Assembly: GCA_965655095.1 (NCBI GenBank)
Contig: OZ296659.1
Span: 46,500,001-46,564,000, forward strand
Length of the DNA: 64,000 nt
DNA from: Haplodiscus bocki
Taxonomy: Eukaryota
Reading direction: 5' to 3'
Under the pieces are notes generated by a model. It searched no databases and had not been told where the DNA came from. It was given only the letters and a program-made list of their open reading frames with translations. Position numbers and translations under genes: made by a program. Numbering within the stretch: position 1 is the first letter of the stretch; every line of letters starts with the position of its first letter. Below are positions 12,101 through 25,300 of this stretch, in pieces.

Positions 12101-15100
12101 GAGATTTTTTGATCTTGGTATTGCAAACCACAAATAGGATTATCAGAGATTCGATTAGAAAAACCAGATGGCCTCCGAAGTCCACATGTAGAAAGGTTAA
12201 CTGGAAGTGTGAATTGCGGGAGAACAATTGGTGGCACGCTGTAAATATGGAGTACACGCTGCATTTTTCCCATGTTTTCTCAGAGGAAAGGTCAGGTTGT
12301 GTTAGAACTCACTGGAGGAGCTCTAGCTGGCATTATAGCTCATTAGATTCTTCCTTAAACAAATTGAACTCCTGCGTCCGGTGTTGTTCTATTTACAGTT
12401 CGTTCATCAGTCAGATTGTTATTTACTTTTCGAGTTTTTCTCGTTTTAAATTGACTTTCAAGTGGATCATTTTGAACTGAAAATAGTTCTGTCGCACTTG
12501 GTCTCCCACAGCTTTCATTCTTTTTTTTTGCAATTTTTTTCACTCTATGTTTTCCTTGAGCAATTAGATTATCTAATCCAAATCCCTCAATCACGTCTTT
12601 AAAGATTTTAAGCCTCAATGCACTCAAAATTACTTCTTAAAGCCTAAATTGAGCTGTTGTGGGGCTGTGGTATCAACACTCAGACGGTGGCAACTCATCA
12701 TCAGTCGGTTTGCATTTAGTCAAGTGATGCAGATGAACTTCAACCATCAGACTGGCTTTTTTGTACACTGAAAGTTATTGAATCAAATGCTGGCAAACAA
12801 TTTGATGCTTCAACTGAAGACACCGCTCTACTCAAGGTTATTGTACACAAAGTTCCGCTTTTTGTTTTTGGTTACAGTCGTCCTCTCTTGGACAAGTTTT
12901 CCGATTAACAGCCAATTAGAAAAATTCTGTTTATTGTAGGAAATTTTTAGGTTTTGTAAAATTATCAAGAAAACCGTAATCTAGGCCTCAATAAAGTCGT
13001 TATGGAGCCCTTTGCCGTTTGTCCCGCAGTTTTAATAGAAGTATGAAAGGTACTTTCAGTTTTGGTCTCGCCGTGTCAGCTGGTTAACAAGATGTTGTTT
13101 CTATGACCTGGAAAATTGCTACAGATTACTAGCACTGTCCATGACAACGTCAAAGAACAATTTCTTGTCCTAAAAAATCAGTCCAGTTCATAGCACAAAG
13201 TTTTGTATTGCCAGGTAAAAGATTGCCAAATTATCTAAACTCTTGAATTTTTGAGTAACTTTGATCGCGAAAAGTGGACTCAAGTAGGAAAGTTCGGACT
13301 CAAAATTGACGTCTATCAGATAATGGGCTTTTAAACGAGTAACTCAACAGAATAGAGCCTTAAGCTAAACAACTAAAAAAGAAGCTAGAATTTTCATTGA
13401 AGGGATGGTTGTTTTAAGTCCCTTTATCAATTTTTTTTCAGTTTTTTGGAAAGCTATTCCAAAAAATTCGTTAAACATTGTGTCTTTTAGCTGGCGATGA
13501 CAGAAGAGGCATGAAAATTTTTCATGGCGTTCCCATCATTCCTAAATTTTTGAACTAGCAAGCTTCTGTTCTGAGAATTTCTCAATTGAGCATCTATAGC
13601 AAATTGCATCGGACTGCTCACACTACTACCATTATACTGATGGCTGAAAAAACTCAGACGCAAAATTGAATTCCAATTCCTGTCAAGTTAGTTGCTTCTA
13701 GTCCTTAATTGCCAGCAGCCACTACTGATGAAAAAAACGTCAACTAGTCTCAAAATTGAAACCAGCGAGTGGTACAAAAAGTACATTTGGAAACATTTTG
13801 CGACTCAGATCTACACTTATCTCATGGTTACAGAGTTGGATCTACTTTTCAGCGTAGTGTCAATGCAATTCGATGAAAACAGTTTATTCCTACTGAGAAC
13901 TTTCGTACTCCATTCTTTCGATTCAACTTCAGAACAGCTACAATCATTAGCTAGTGTCGAATCCGTATTTTTCCCTCTCAGCCTCATTTTCATTGTCGAT
14001 TGATCCTATCTGTGCGGTTGAAACGGACCAGAGACTTCACTCAGGTTCTCTAATTTTTCGAGCTGACCGCTGCTGCTCGTCAAATAGCCGTTGTCGATTT
14101 TCGTTTTTCCTTAGCCAGAAATCACTCACAGGACGCACAGATCGCCAGAAGTAAAGAATTCAATTGGGTTTCAATGTTCTTTTGATAGATTTTGATTAGC
14201 CGGACGATGTGCATACGAGAGATTAGGTCGAGAAAACTGTCTAGCGTGGTCAATTCTGCAGTAGGTGGCGTTTGAGAGGCGTCAAAGTTGATATGGTACG
14301 AAGGTTCTGCCGATTTTTTCCAAATTGATTATTCAGGTGATTGTGTTAGCAGTCACTAAATTGCCTGCAAAGCTTCAAGCATTACCAATATTTTTTGATC
14401 AAGTTTATCTTATACGGATCCAACGCTATGCAAACTCCTTTATAGCAACCCAGTTGACTATCTAGACACTAATTCAAGGAATTAGAGCTGAACGGTGGCG
14501 AACCTAATCCTCAAAATAGCAAACTAGCGTGCCGACTATTACACTACGGCCCTGAGTTCCAAGCAACTTGACTAGACTTTCTGAAAAACTTAGCTGCTGC
14601 AATGAATCTAACAGAACAATTCTGCTAAATTGACGAAAAAAAATCGAGATTGTTAAAGGCATTTGAAAGATCCCTTCACGTTTCTTTTGTGTCCCGATTC
14701 ATTTATAAAACTTGAAGGATTGAAGCGACTAAGAAAATGTAGCGAAAGATTTGACAACTGCATTCAGTTTCTCTTGATTGTTGTGATAATCATATTGAAT
14801 AGAGATTATCAGGGCGGTCTGAAAAAATTGACGTCTGCAAATGATTAGCTGGCATGATGTTGAATACACTGGTTCAATTCTGGGTTATGGTGGTTGTATT
14901 GCGTGGTTGCCGCTTTGGCTGCCCGAAAAATTTCCCAAAGTTTTTTCCACGACCTTTTGTTTGTGGTTTTTGTGGAGCTGAAGCAGTTGAAAGTGTATAA
15001 TTGGCAGCTTACGTTGGTGCGAATCGATTGCAACTCATAGAAACAAATTCTCTCGATCACCACGGTCGCAATTAAGGTATTAGGATGTTTGTGGTGCTCG

Positions 15101-15611
15101 AAGCGGAAACCCAAGTCTTATGAAATGGTGACAAAAGTTGTAGCAGAAATTTTCAATAGAATATAAAAAGATATCGGCGTGGCGCATCAGTATTTATCTC
15201 GTAGAGCTGACCGAATACCTCTCATAGCCAAGGTTGTCCAATAAAGAACCAAACCTCGTAACAAGGCATAAAATACTGTTGAGAAATTGGGAGATAGTTC
15301 GATGCCCCTAGGAGCAATATTAGTTCGACCTAAAAAAGAAAAACCTACTAAAAAAGGAGTAGCATCAGTCGATGAAAAAAATGTTTTCTTGGCTTGCTTT
15401 GAGAAGATGGTTTTTGACAACTTATAAGATTTTCAAAAGTGAGAACCCCTGTTTTTTCGAATGCGGGTGATAATTTCAATTGCGTTTTTCAAATTTCCCT
15501 CAGAAACATTATTTTAGCGAAGATGGACCAAGTAGTGGAAGATTACATAATGAAAACAGCCACTGGTTTCAAAAAAAGAGTTTTTGGTTGTTCTACAAAA
15601 GTTTTGTTGAT

Positions 15612-15840
15612 TTAGGTTTGCTTGTTTGTATGTTTGGTAACGAGCCACTTCATTGAATTGCCAGTAAATCTTGGGTAAAGGAAGAAGCCCCGCTCGGAAG
15701 TTCCGTATTCCTGATTACTAGGAGTTATTGTTGTCGTTCCATGGTGTCTCGTGCAACTGTGGGAAGCTAACTTTGTCAGTTTTGATCCCTGATACTCACG
15801 AATAGAAGCGTCCGTGTCCTTCAATTGCGTCCGGTTCCAA
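15612..15840 (-). mobile_element. Possible SINE or LINE 3' end with (CAAA)n-like tail
   Basis: Minus strand ends in CAAACATACAAACAAGCAAAC after a GC-richer body. Confidence 0.25.
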
Positions 15841-17039
15841 ATACGAAGAACTAAAAAAGCAATGAAGGGTTTCTATCTCCACATCTCACCTTATAAATAT
15901 AGAAATAAATTCCCAGATAAAATGGACAGATCATTGCAAGTATTGAAATTTATTGGAAAGCCGTGATCAATCGAAGTTACATGATCCACAACATTTAATT
16001 CGTTCTCGTAACTTCGAGAAATATCTGATTAAAGGAAATAAAATTCGTTACTACCAAAAAAACTTGAATCAATGAGAGTTGCGAAAAACTCGTTGGCCAC
16101 ATTTTGTCATGCGATTAAAAACGGTCTGTCACTCAACCGGTGCTTGTGACATCACATTGACTCTAAACGATCATTAAAAAACTGGCGTGGACTTCCAATT
16201 CCTTGGAATAAATACCAATTAAAAACGAATCCTAACAAAAACTTCAAATAATAAAACCAAAAAACTGAAACAGAATGTCATCAATTCTTGGCACGTTTTC
16301 GAGCTAAATTAGACAAAGCAAACATCTTACACTTAAATTGAACGAGGTTGTCTTATTTTTGGCCAAATGTGTCGAATCAACAGCGGTTTCATCCACAACA
16401 GTTAGCGTTTTAGAAAAGAAAAAAGTTAAGGTTGATACTTTACTAATTATCCTGATCAAGAAAAAGAAATGGTTGGGTGATATTTTCAGCGGAAATTTTC
16501 AACAATTCTCACCATTGCTGTTCTATGAAAAATTCGTAATTTTGTTACAATCGGCACTGGAAACGACAAAAACATATCCAAGTAGAGAAATGGGTGAAGG
16601 TATGAATGATAAAAACTTCTCTTCAGAAATTCATATGAACAAACCAAGAAAAAAATTCAACAAGCGTCTATTCAGTTGTTTTAGGATGATAACAATCTGG
16701 TATTCAGCGATCGAATTGGTCGAACTAATTGCTCAATTCCTTGTAAGCATTGGAAAAAATCGCAAAAACTTTTCTTGCAGATTTAGATACAGCACTATTA
16801 GTCGGAAAGAAATCTTTATCTATCTCTATAGAAATCACTGCAGGCAAAATCAATCGAACGAATGGTTTTTGACAGTGAAGCAAAAGGAACTGACAAACTC
16901 TCAGTTAGAAAAACTAGGGGACCTTCCCCGGTGCTTTTTTCCAACAAAACTCAATAAAAAAATATTCCTATTTCAACTGGGATTTTTCCTGATTGACCTA
17001 AATGATTGGTGTTTCACCTGTTTTCAAGTCTGGAACTAG

Positions 17040-17960
17040 TATCTGGCCTGTAAAATTTCTACCCACCTCAACTGTTTGGATTTGGATTGAACATTTCGAA
17101 GGACTTTTCTGTGGAGGGCTCCTGGTTTTTCGATAAGAACAAAGTGCTTACCAGGTTTCAAGTTAGGTTTCCGCAAAAACAACTAACTCCAGACGCACAA
17201 GGTGAGTCATAAAAAAATTCAACATTAAAGTCAAAAGAGGGAGCAAAGTTTTGTCATATCAGTTAAGAAAAAGGCCCTCGACACTTTATATCGGCAACGC
17301 TTGGTCACTAAATTGTAAGTCGATGGAGTCAAAGGACTTGTACTGACATTGTTGAACGTTTATTTTCCTTATCGGATTCAGTGTGCTAACACAAATCGTA
17401 TTGATTGTACTCTCAAAAAAGTCGTCTTGATCTTCAAGTTATCCTTTATTTCAATAACTCTCCCACTTCATTGTAATTTCGGACTCCTTATGTTTGCTGA
17501 GGACACAAGTTTGTATTTACAAATCCGATTGGGAACGGTTTGGGATGGGCTAATCTTGAGTTGGAACGACTGCTTAATGGGTTGAACGTCAACAGTTAGG
17601 CACTCAATAATGAGATATCTGAAGATCCTTGTTTCAAAATTGCAAGGAATCTTTTCCCCATAATCAATTGACAAGGCTTTTTATTGGACAGGGACGATTG
17701 TTGAACTAACTTTGACTGCAATTATCTGCCATAGAATGAAAGACTGAAATAAAACAGCCACTATGTGGAACCTATAATTTTCTGTGAAAAAACGATCAGC
17801 GGTTGCACTAGAAAAAACACACTCCTGTCCATTTTTGGTTTAGGACAGATTACGCTGGATACGTTTGAAAAACACTTTTCTAGCACCACTTCATTCCAAT
17901 TTTAAAGAATTCTCAATGTACATGAGCTTTATGCTTTCGATATCCGCAAGCTTGCACTAA
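17040..17960 (+). pseudogene. Non-LTR retrotransposon reverse transcriptase fragment
   Basis: Degenerate KALDTL...LVTKL.VDGVKG.VL.LL..YF..R.Q.. and MFAEDTSL (FADD motif) at 17270-17520. Confidence 0.6.
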
Positions 17961-19329
17961 CGTTAATCGAAAGTGACCATAAATTTGGTTTTCTATTTCT
18001 TGCTCATCCAAATCGGAAAGTCTTGGAAAATCCATTTGTTGGAAAAGCTATTCTCATTGCCACGGATAGCTTAAAAGCACCACGGAGTATCGATGCTCTG
18101 TTAAAGAAATCACTAAGTAGACGTCATGCCCATTTGCTCAAATTTCTGATTGCTAAGAAAAAACCGATTGGTGAAATGAGTACTAAATCTTCACATCGTT
18201 TCTGAAATTATCGTGGTGAACTGCGAAGCAAAAACTTGTCAACCAAAAATCGAACCCGGTAACTGATATTGAGTTGATCATGAAGCGGTGCCATCCCTGT
18301 AAGTCCTAGGCTGGCTCGAGGAACACAGATTTTCAAGTCAAGAAATAAAAACTTCTCTCTAGAAACTCGACTTCTCTCCATTCTTTGAGTTTTGACAGAC
18401 CGTTTTTTGAGAGACCGTTTCTTGGATAGCTGTAAAACCCTTTCTTTGTAGAGAAACCCAACATAGAGCAGTATAGGTGTAAGCCAAAATCGTCAAGCAT
18501 AGAACCACTGGATGACATCACATAGATTCTTCAATTTCTAACTCAAGCTGTGGAGCAGCATCTTATTGCTTTTGGGTTTGAAGGAGCCTTTCGACGACAT
18601 AAACGACCAACGCTTGCTTCTAAAAAAAACTCCATGCTGTAAAAGGATTTATAGTGATATGGTTAAATTCGCATCGTCACAAAAAATGTCCTTTTGTCAA
18701 TGTTTTTGGCAGGAGGTCGACTCCAAAAAAATCGTGTTGTAAACCTGCGGGCTCTATCCTAAGACTCCTGCTATTTGTGATTTTTAGTGTTTTTTGCGCA
18801 GCTTGTGTTGTACAATTGAGCTTTGTTTCTTGGCTAATTACACGAAATTTAGTTACAGAAACCCAGAGGGATCGGTTTCGGTTCCGTCAGTTTTGTGTTT
18901 GAAAGAGGTTTTTTGTGTCTGGTAATAGAATGGAAACATTCGTTCACTCGATGTTGCACATTAGCAAATATGATAATGAGTAGTGGGAACACATGCCTAT
19001 TTTTGTCATGCTTCTTCATTATGTGTCGAATGTTTAGTTACTGAACTTCTACATACAACGTATTATAATTTCACTTGCCAAACCCAAATTGATTTTTGAT
19101 TGCACAAGTAAAAGCACAACCCTGCTGAATATAGAAGTTGGAAAAAAGCTATACTTTAGAATTGATTAACTTCATTAACCGAAAGAATCTCAACAAAGCT
19201 TGATCGTAATTAACAAGGATGTTTATTTTATACAAATTCCATGTTTTCGAGATCTGCATATTTACACTAACGTTGATCCAAGGTCGGCGCTTTCTAGGCT
19301 TTTCGACTTCTCTGGGTCACAGTAGGACA

Positions 19330-22300
19330 AGCTACGTGAAAATGCTCAGTGTATTTTTCGGGAGCCTCAAGATATCAAAACCAATTTTGGAGATTTTTTT
19401 GCTGAAAAGCCTTCAGATACAAGTGGCGCTTTGCTACTCAACTTTTAGTCAATGAACAGCTACTTTTTGAATTCGCTACTTTGTCTGATTAAACATCTTG
19501 AAAATTTTTTGCAGAACAGAGAAGGAGAAACTCTTCTCAACTAATCGTTGATGTTTGATTCTCATAATGTGCTCAATTGCGTTCGGTTTGTTTGACAATC
19601 TTTGCTCAATAAGCCAACTTTAGAATTTGTAGAGGTTTAGAGTAGCTTTTATTTTTAAAAAACAGTGTATGAGATATTAAACGAAGCAAAACAACAACTT
19701 TTCACATTTTTCAAAATTTTTGTTTTGTTGTTTTTATGAAGGTTGACTTACAGTGGCACCAGTAAAAACACAAACCTGCGTGATCTAATTGTCCAGAAAG
19801 AAACCCTACGTTTTTTTTTGAGGGTCTCTTAGTTGGAACTTTTTTCAACAATACAGTATATGCCAGGCTAAACGAAGCACAATTTTGAACCATTAACTGT
19901 TCTGTCTACATTTCCATCCTATTGTTGTCCTTCTTAAAATTTTTTTGAAGTTGTACCAGTAAAACTACACCACTTCAAAATCTTTTCAAAAGGTGTCTTT
20001 TTAGACATTCCTCAGACAAAGAAATGTAGCACACTAAACGATCAGCGATTAACAGAGGAGAAAGGAGGTGTCACCTTGTATAATCTGTAGGGGAAGTAAG
20101 TAACGGCACTGGTCGCACCTTTCGGTCCGAAATATGGCTTTCGGGATGCATACCATAAATTATCTTGGCCTCGCTTTCTTGGAAAGGTCTTTGTGCCTAC
20201 GACACTAATGTTGTCAGCCGAAGCAGGTCATTCAGGCACTTGCAACAGCTGTGCGAAGCAAACGCACTTGAAAAGTACGCAAGGCCAGGTGTTTTGAGCT
20301 TTGCGGGACAGGACCGGAACCGAACGCCCAAAAAGAAATTCTTGAATTTGAAGTTTTTTTCGTGTTAACCTAATAAGAGTGGTCAACAGTGTATGTCATC
20401 ATCTCTCCCTTCAAAAAGTGCTAAGTTTCTTTTGATGGTGTGGTTTCTCCGGAGAGAAGAGAACAGCTGACGAAAAGGAAGAGAAAGGTGAGGACTCAAG
20501 CAGCAGGCTATCTTTTCGGTCAAGACGTAACTCTAAGTCAACACGCAAACTGTCTTAGCCACGCAAGGAAGATAGCATTGACTAGCGGGACCAGCGAACA
20601 AAACCATCTGTAGTACGTGAGCAGTTGCAGAAGAATGCTGTTCAACGTATGCATTACCTTGAACGTATGCATTACCAAGGTCACCAGTGTATGCCATTGT
20701 CTCTGCTTGAAAAAACTGCTAAGTTTCGTTTGATTGCGTCGTTTCTCCCAGGAGAGGAGAACAGCTGTCAAAAAGTAAGAGAATTGTCGGGAATCAATCA
20801 GCAGTCTTTCACTTCTTTCAGACGGAACTTTAAGTCATCACGCAAACGGTCTTACCTACGCTAGGAAGAAAACATTAAGTAGAGGGAGCAATGTGCAAAA
20901 AACTTTTTAATGCTCGAACAGCTGCAGAAGAATGCTGGTCAACGTATGCAATACGTTGAAAGTTGGTAGAAAAAACAAACTGTTGAAACCAATTTTCGCC
21001 AAAACCTGGATATTGTGCAATTGAACCAGACATGACTCATAAACCATGTATTGTATTGAATAGCTAGCCGTGCCTCATAAACTAAATCAAATATCGAGCA
21101 GATCTCAAAAGCAAAGGAGTTCCAAGAAGTCATTGAGGGTTCCCGTTAGCTATGAAAAATGAAATCTTTAACCAAGAAATTGATACCTCCATTGATCCGT
21201 TGAATGTCCAGTGTCCGTCGAAGCAAGTCGTTTTTCCACAAAAGCAGGGATCAATATTGAATTCAGTTCTAATGCACAAAAAAGTAAGCCTTACCAGATA
21301 ATTCTCGCAGAAGTCGATGAAGTCTTCAAATCTTTGAAATTTAATTGCCAAAGAAATCGGATCTATTCTGTTGACTTCAATATGCCAAGAAAGGACTGGA
21401 TCTTTGACTTCTCCATTAACCTATTCAAGAAAATATAACAAACAACCTACTGGGACTGAATTAGAAACTACTGACCAGTTTCAAAAGAACTGCAAGCTCG
21501 TGCTTGGATTTGGTTTTCATCGCTAGAAAAATAGTTCGAATATCGTAAACAAAAAGACTGGTTGAAAGAGTTAATAGAGCAGCTCCTAAGTTTGTTCAAA
21601 ATTACCCGAGCAAAAAAGCGGAAAATTTATGTTTCCACAGATAAGATAAAACTTTTTCAATTAGAAATATTAAAAAATCAAAGTCGACCTCAAAATTATC
21701 CCGTTGCAATCCTGATGTTACAGCAAAAATGAAAAGAACGTTGAAAAGGGATGTGATTGGTTTTCTAAACAATGGCCAAGCAGGAACAGCTGAAAAAAAC
21801 TCCGTAGGCAACAACTCCGTTCTTGGAATAGCGAAAAACAACTGTTGCCTTGGCCAAGCTAAGCAGGCTCCGATTAAAACATGTTTGAGCAGATAAAATT
21901 TCACGTGGCGTTTTATCACGCAACGTCAAATTGCTCAATGTTTCTTTGGGGAACGTCAAAACACAAACACCAGCATTGGATAATTCTCTGCTGAAATACC
22001 CTCAGATACACATGGCGCTTTGTTACTTAACTTTTAGCCAATGAATAGCTACATTTTGAAGTCAATACTGTCTCTGATTAAGCATCTAGAAATTTTTTGC
22101 CGAACAGAGAAGCACAAATTTGTCCCAACTAACTGTCCATGTATGATTCTGTTTTTTTGCTCAATTTCTTTCGGTGTGTTTGACAATCCTTGCTAAAGAA
22201 GCCAATTTTAGGGTCTGCAGAGGTTCTTTGGCGTAGTTTTTAATTTTAAAAAACAGTGTATGAAGGATCAAAAGAAGCAAATTAAAAACTCTTCACTTTC

Positions 22301-25300
22301 TTCTACTTTTGTTTCCTTGTCTTCATGAATATTGACCTATAGTGGCACCGGTAGAAACAGAAACCTGCGTGATTTAATTGTTCAGAAACAAACCATACGT
22401 TTAGTTTCGACGGTCTCTTTGTTGGAACTTTTTTCGAAAAGAAAGTATATGACAGGCTGAACGGATCACAATATTGAACCATTACCTGTTCTGTCTACAC
22501 TTTTTTCCTGTTGTTGTCCTTATGATTATCCATTTCAATTTACACCAGTAAAACTACACTACCGTAAAAACCTTTCAAAAGGTGTCATGTGAGAAGTTCT
22601 TCAGGCAAACAAAAGTAACGATGTAAACGATCAGCGATTAGCAAAGAAGAAAGGATGTTTCACTTTGTAGAATGTGTAGGTGTTGGAAGTAACAGAACCG
22701 GCGGCAACTTTCGGTCCAAAACCTGGCTTCTGTGTTGCATACCATACATTTTCTTGGCCTGGCGTTCTTGTGAGGATCTTTGTGCCTACGACACTAATGT
22801 TGTGGGCGGAAGCAGGTTATTCAAGCACTTGCAACACTTTTTCGAACCAAACTCACACGAAAAGTACGCAAGGCCAGTTACTTTGAGATTTGCGGGACGG
22901 GTTTAGTTTGACCGGAACCGAACACCCCAAAAGAATTTCTTGAAAAAACAGTTTTTCTTTTTGTGAACCTAATAAGAAAGGTCACCAGTGTATGCCATTG
23001 TCTCTGCTTGAAAAAACTGCTAAGTTTCGTTTGATTGCGTCGTTTCTCCCAGGAGAGGAGAACAGCTGTCAAAAAGTAAGAGAATTGTCGGGAATCAATC
23101 AGCAGTCTTTCACTTCTTTCAGACGGAACTTTAAGTCATCACGCAAACGGTCTTACCTACGCTAGGAAGAAAACATTAAGTAGAGGGAGCAATGTGCAAA
23201 AAACTTTTTAATGCTCGAACAGCTGCAGAAGAATGCTGGTCAACGTATGCAATACCTTGAAAGTTGGTAGAAAAAACAAACTGTTGAAACCAATTTTCGC
23301 CAAAACCTGGATATTGTGCAATTGAACCAGACATGACTCATAAACCATGTATTGTATTGAATAGCTAGCCGTGCCTCATAAACTAAATCAAATATCGAGC
23401 AGATCTCAAAAGCAAAGGAGTTCCAAGAAGTCATTGAGGGTTCCCGTTAGCTATGAAAAATGAAATCTTTAACCAAGAAATTGATACCTCCATTGATCCG
23501 TTGAATGTCCAGTGTCCGTCGAAGCAAGTCGTTTTTCCACAAAAGCAGGGATCAATATTGAATTCAGTTCTAATGCACAAAAAAGTAAGCCTTACCAGAT
23601 AATTCTCGCAGAAGTCGATGAAGTTTTCAAATCTTTGAAATTTAATTGCCAAAGAAATCGGATCTATTCTGTTGACTTCAATATGCCAAGAAAGGACTGG
23701 ATCTTTGACTTCTCCATTAACCTATTCAAGAAAATATAACAAACAACCTACTGGGACTGAATTAGAAACTACTGACCAGTTTCAAAAGAACTGCAAGCTC
23801 GTGCTTGGATTTGGTTTTCATCGCTAGAAAAATAGTTCGAATATCGTAAACAAAAAGACTGGTTGAAAGAGTTAATAGAGCAGCTCCTAAGTTTGTTCAA
23901 AATTACCCGAGCAAAAAAAGCGGAAAATTTATGTTTCCACAGATAAGAAAAAACTATTTCAATTACAAATATTAAAAAATCAAAGCCGACCTCAAAATTA
24001 TACCGTTGCAATCCTGATGTTACAGCAAAAATGAAAAGAACGTTGAAAAGGGATGCGATTGGTTTTTTAAACAATAGCCAAGCAGGAACAGCTGAAAAAA
24101 ACTCCGTAGGCAACAACTCCGTTCTTGGAATAGCGAAAAACAACTGTTGCCTTGGCCAAGCTAAGCAGGCTCCGATTAAAACATGTTTGAGCAGATAAAA
24201 TTTCACGTGGCGTTTTATCACGCAACGTCAAATTGCTCAATGTTTCTTTGGGGAACGTCAAAACACAAACACCAGCATTGGATAATTCTCTGCTGAAATA
24301 CCCTCAGATACACATGGCGCTTTGTTACTTAACTTTTAGCCAATGAATAGCTACATTTTGAAGTCAATACTGTCTCTGATTAAGCATCTAGAAATTTTTT
24401 GCCGAACAGAGAAGCACAAATTTGTCCCAACTAACTGTCCATGTATGATTCTGTTTTTTTTGCTCAATTTCTTTCGGTTTGTTTGACAATCCTTGCTAAA
24501 GAAGCCAATTTTAGGGTCTGCAGAGGTTCTTTGGCGTAGTTTTTAATTTTAAAAAACAGTGTATGAAGGATCAAAAGAAGCAAATTAAAAACTCTTCACT
24601 TCCTTCTACTTTTTTTCCTTGTCTTTATGAATATTGACCTATAGTGGCACCGGTAAAAACAGAAACCTGCGTGATTTAATTGTTCAGAAACAAACCATAC
24701 GTTTAGTTTCGGCGGTCTCTTTGTTGGAACTTTTTTCGAAAAGAAAGTATATGACAGGCTGAACGGATCACAATATTGAACCATTACCTGTTCTGTCTAC
24801 ACTTTTTTTCTGTTGTTGTCCTTATGATTATCCATTTCAATTTACACCAGTAAAACTACACTACCGTAAAAACCTTTCAAAAGGTGTCATGTGAGAAGTT
24901 CTTCAGGCAAAAAAAAGTAACAATCTAAACGATCAGCGACTAACAAAGACGAAAGGAGGTTTGACTTTGTAGAATGTGTAGGTGTTGGAAGTAACAGAAC
25001 CGGCTGCAACTTTCAGTCCAAAACCTGGCTTCTGTGTTGCATACCATACATTTTCTTGGCCTGGCGTTCTTGTGAGGATCTTTGTGCCTACGACACTAAT
25101 GTTGTGGGCGGAAGCAGGTTATTCAAGCACTTGCAACAGTTTTTTGAACCAAACTCACACGAAAAGTACGCAAGGCCAGTTATTTTGAGATTTGCGGGAC
25201 GGGTTTAGTTTGACCGGAACCGATCACCCCAAAAGAATTTCTTGAAAAAACAGTTTTTCTTTTTGTGAACCTAATAAGAAAGGTCACCAGTGTATGCCAT

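Noticed and set aside
16338-17039. 233-aa ORF
   Set aside because: Low-complexity K/F/N-rich translation with no coherent domain; probably decayed LINE sequence leading into the RT fragment
18285-18321. Resemblance to the 7SL/Alu 5' domain (GCGGTG...CCTGTAAGTCCTAGGCT...CTCGAGG)
   Set aside because: Only about 37 nt with several indels and no downstream SRP S-domain; could be chance
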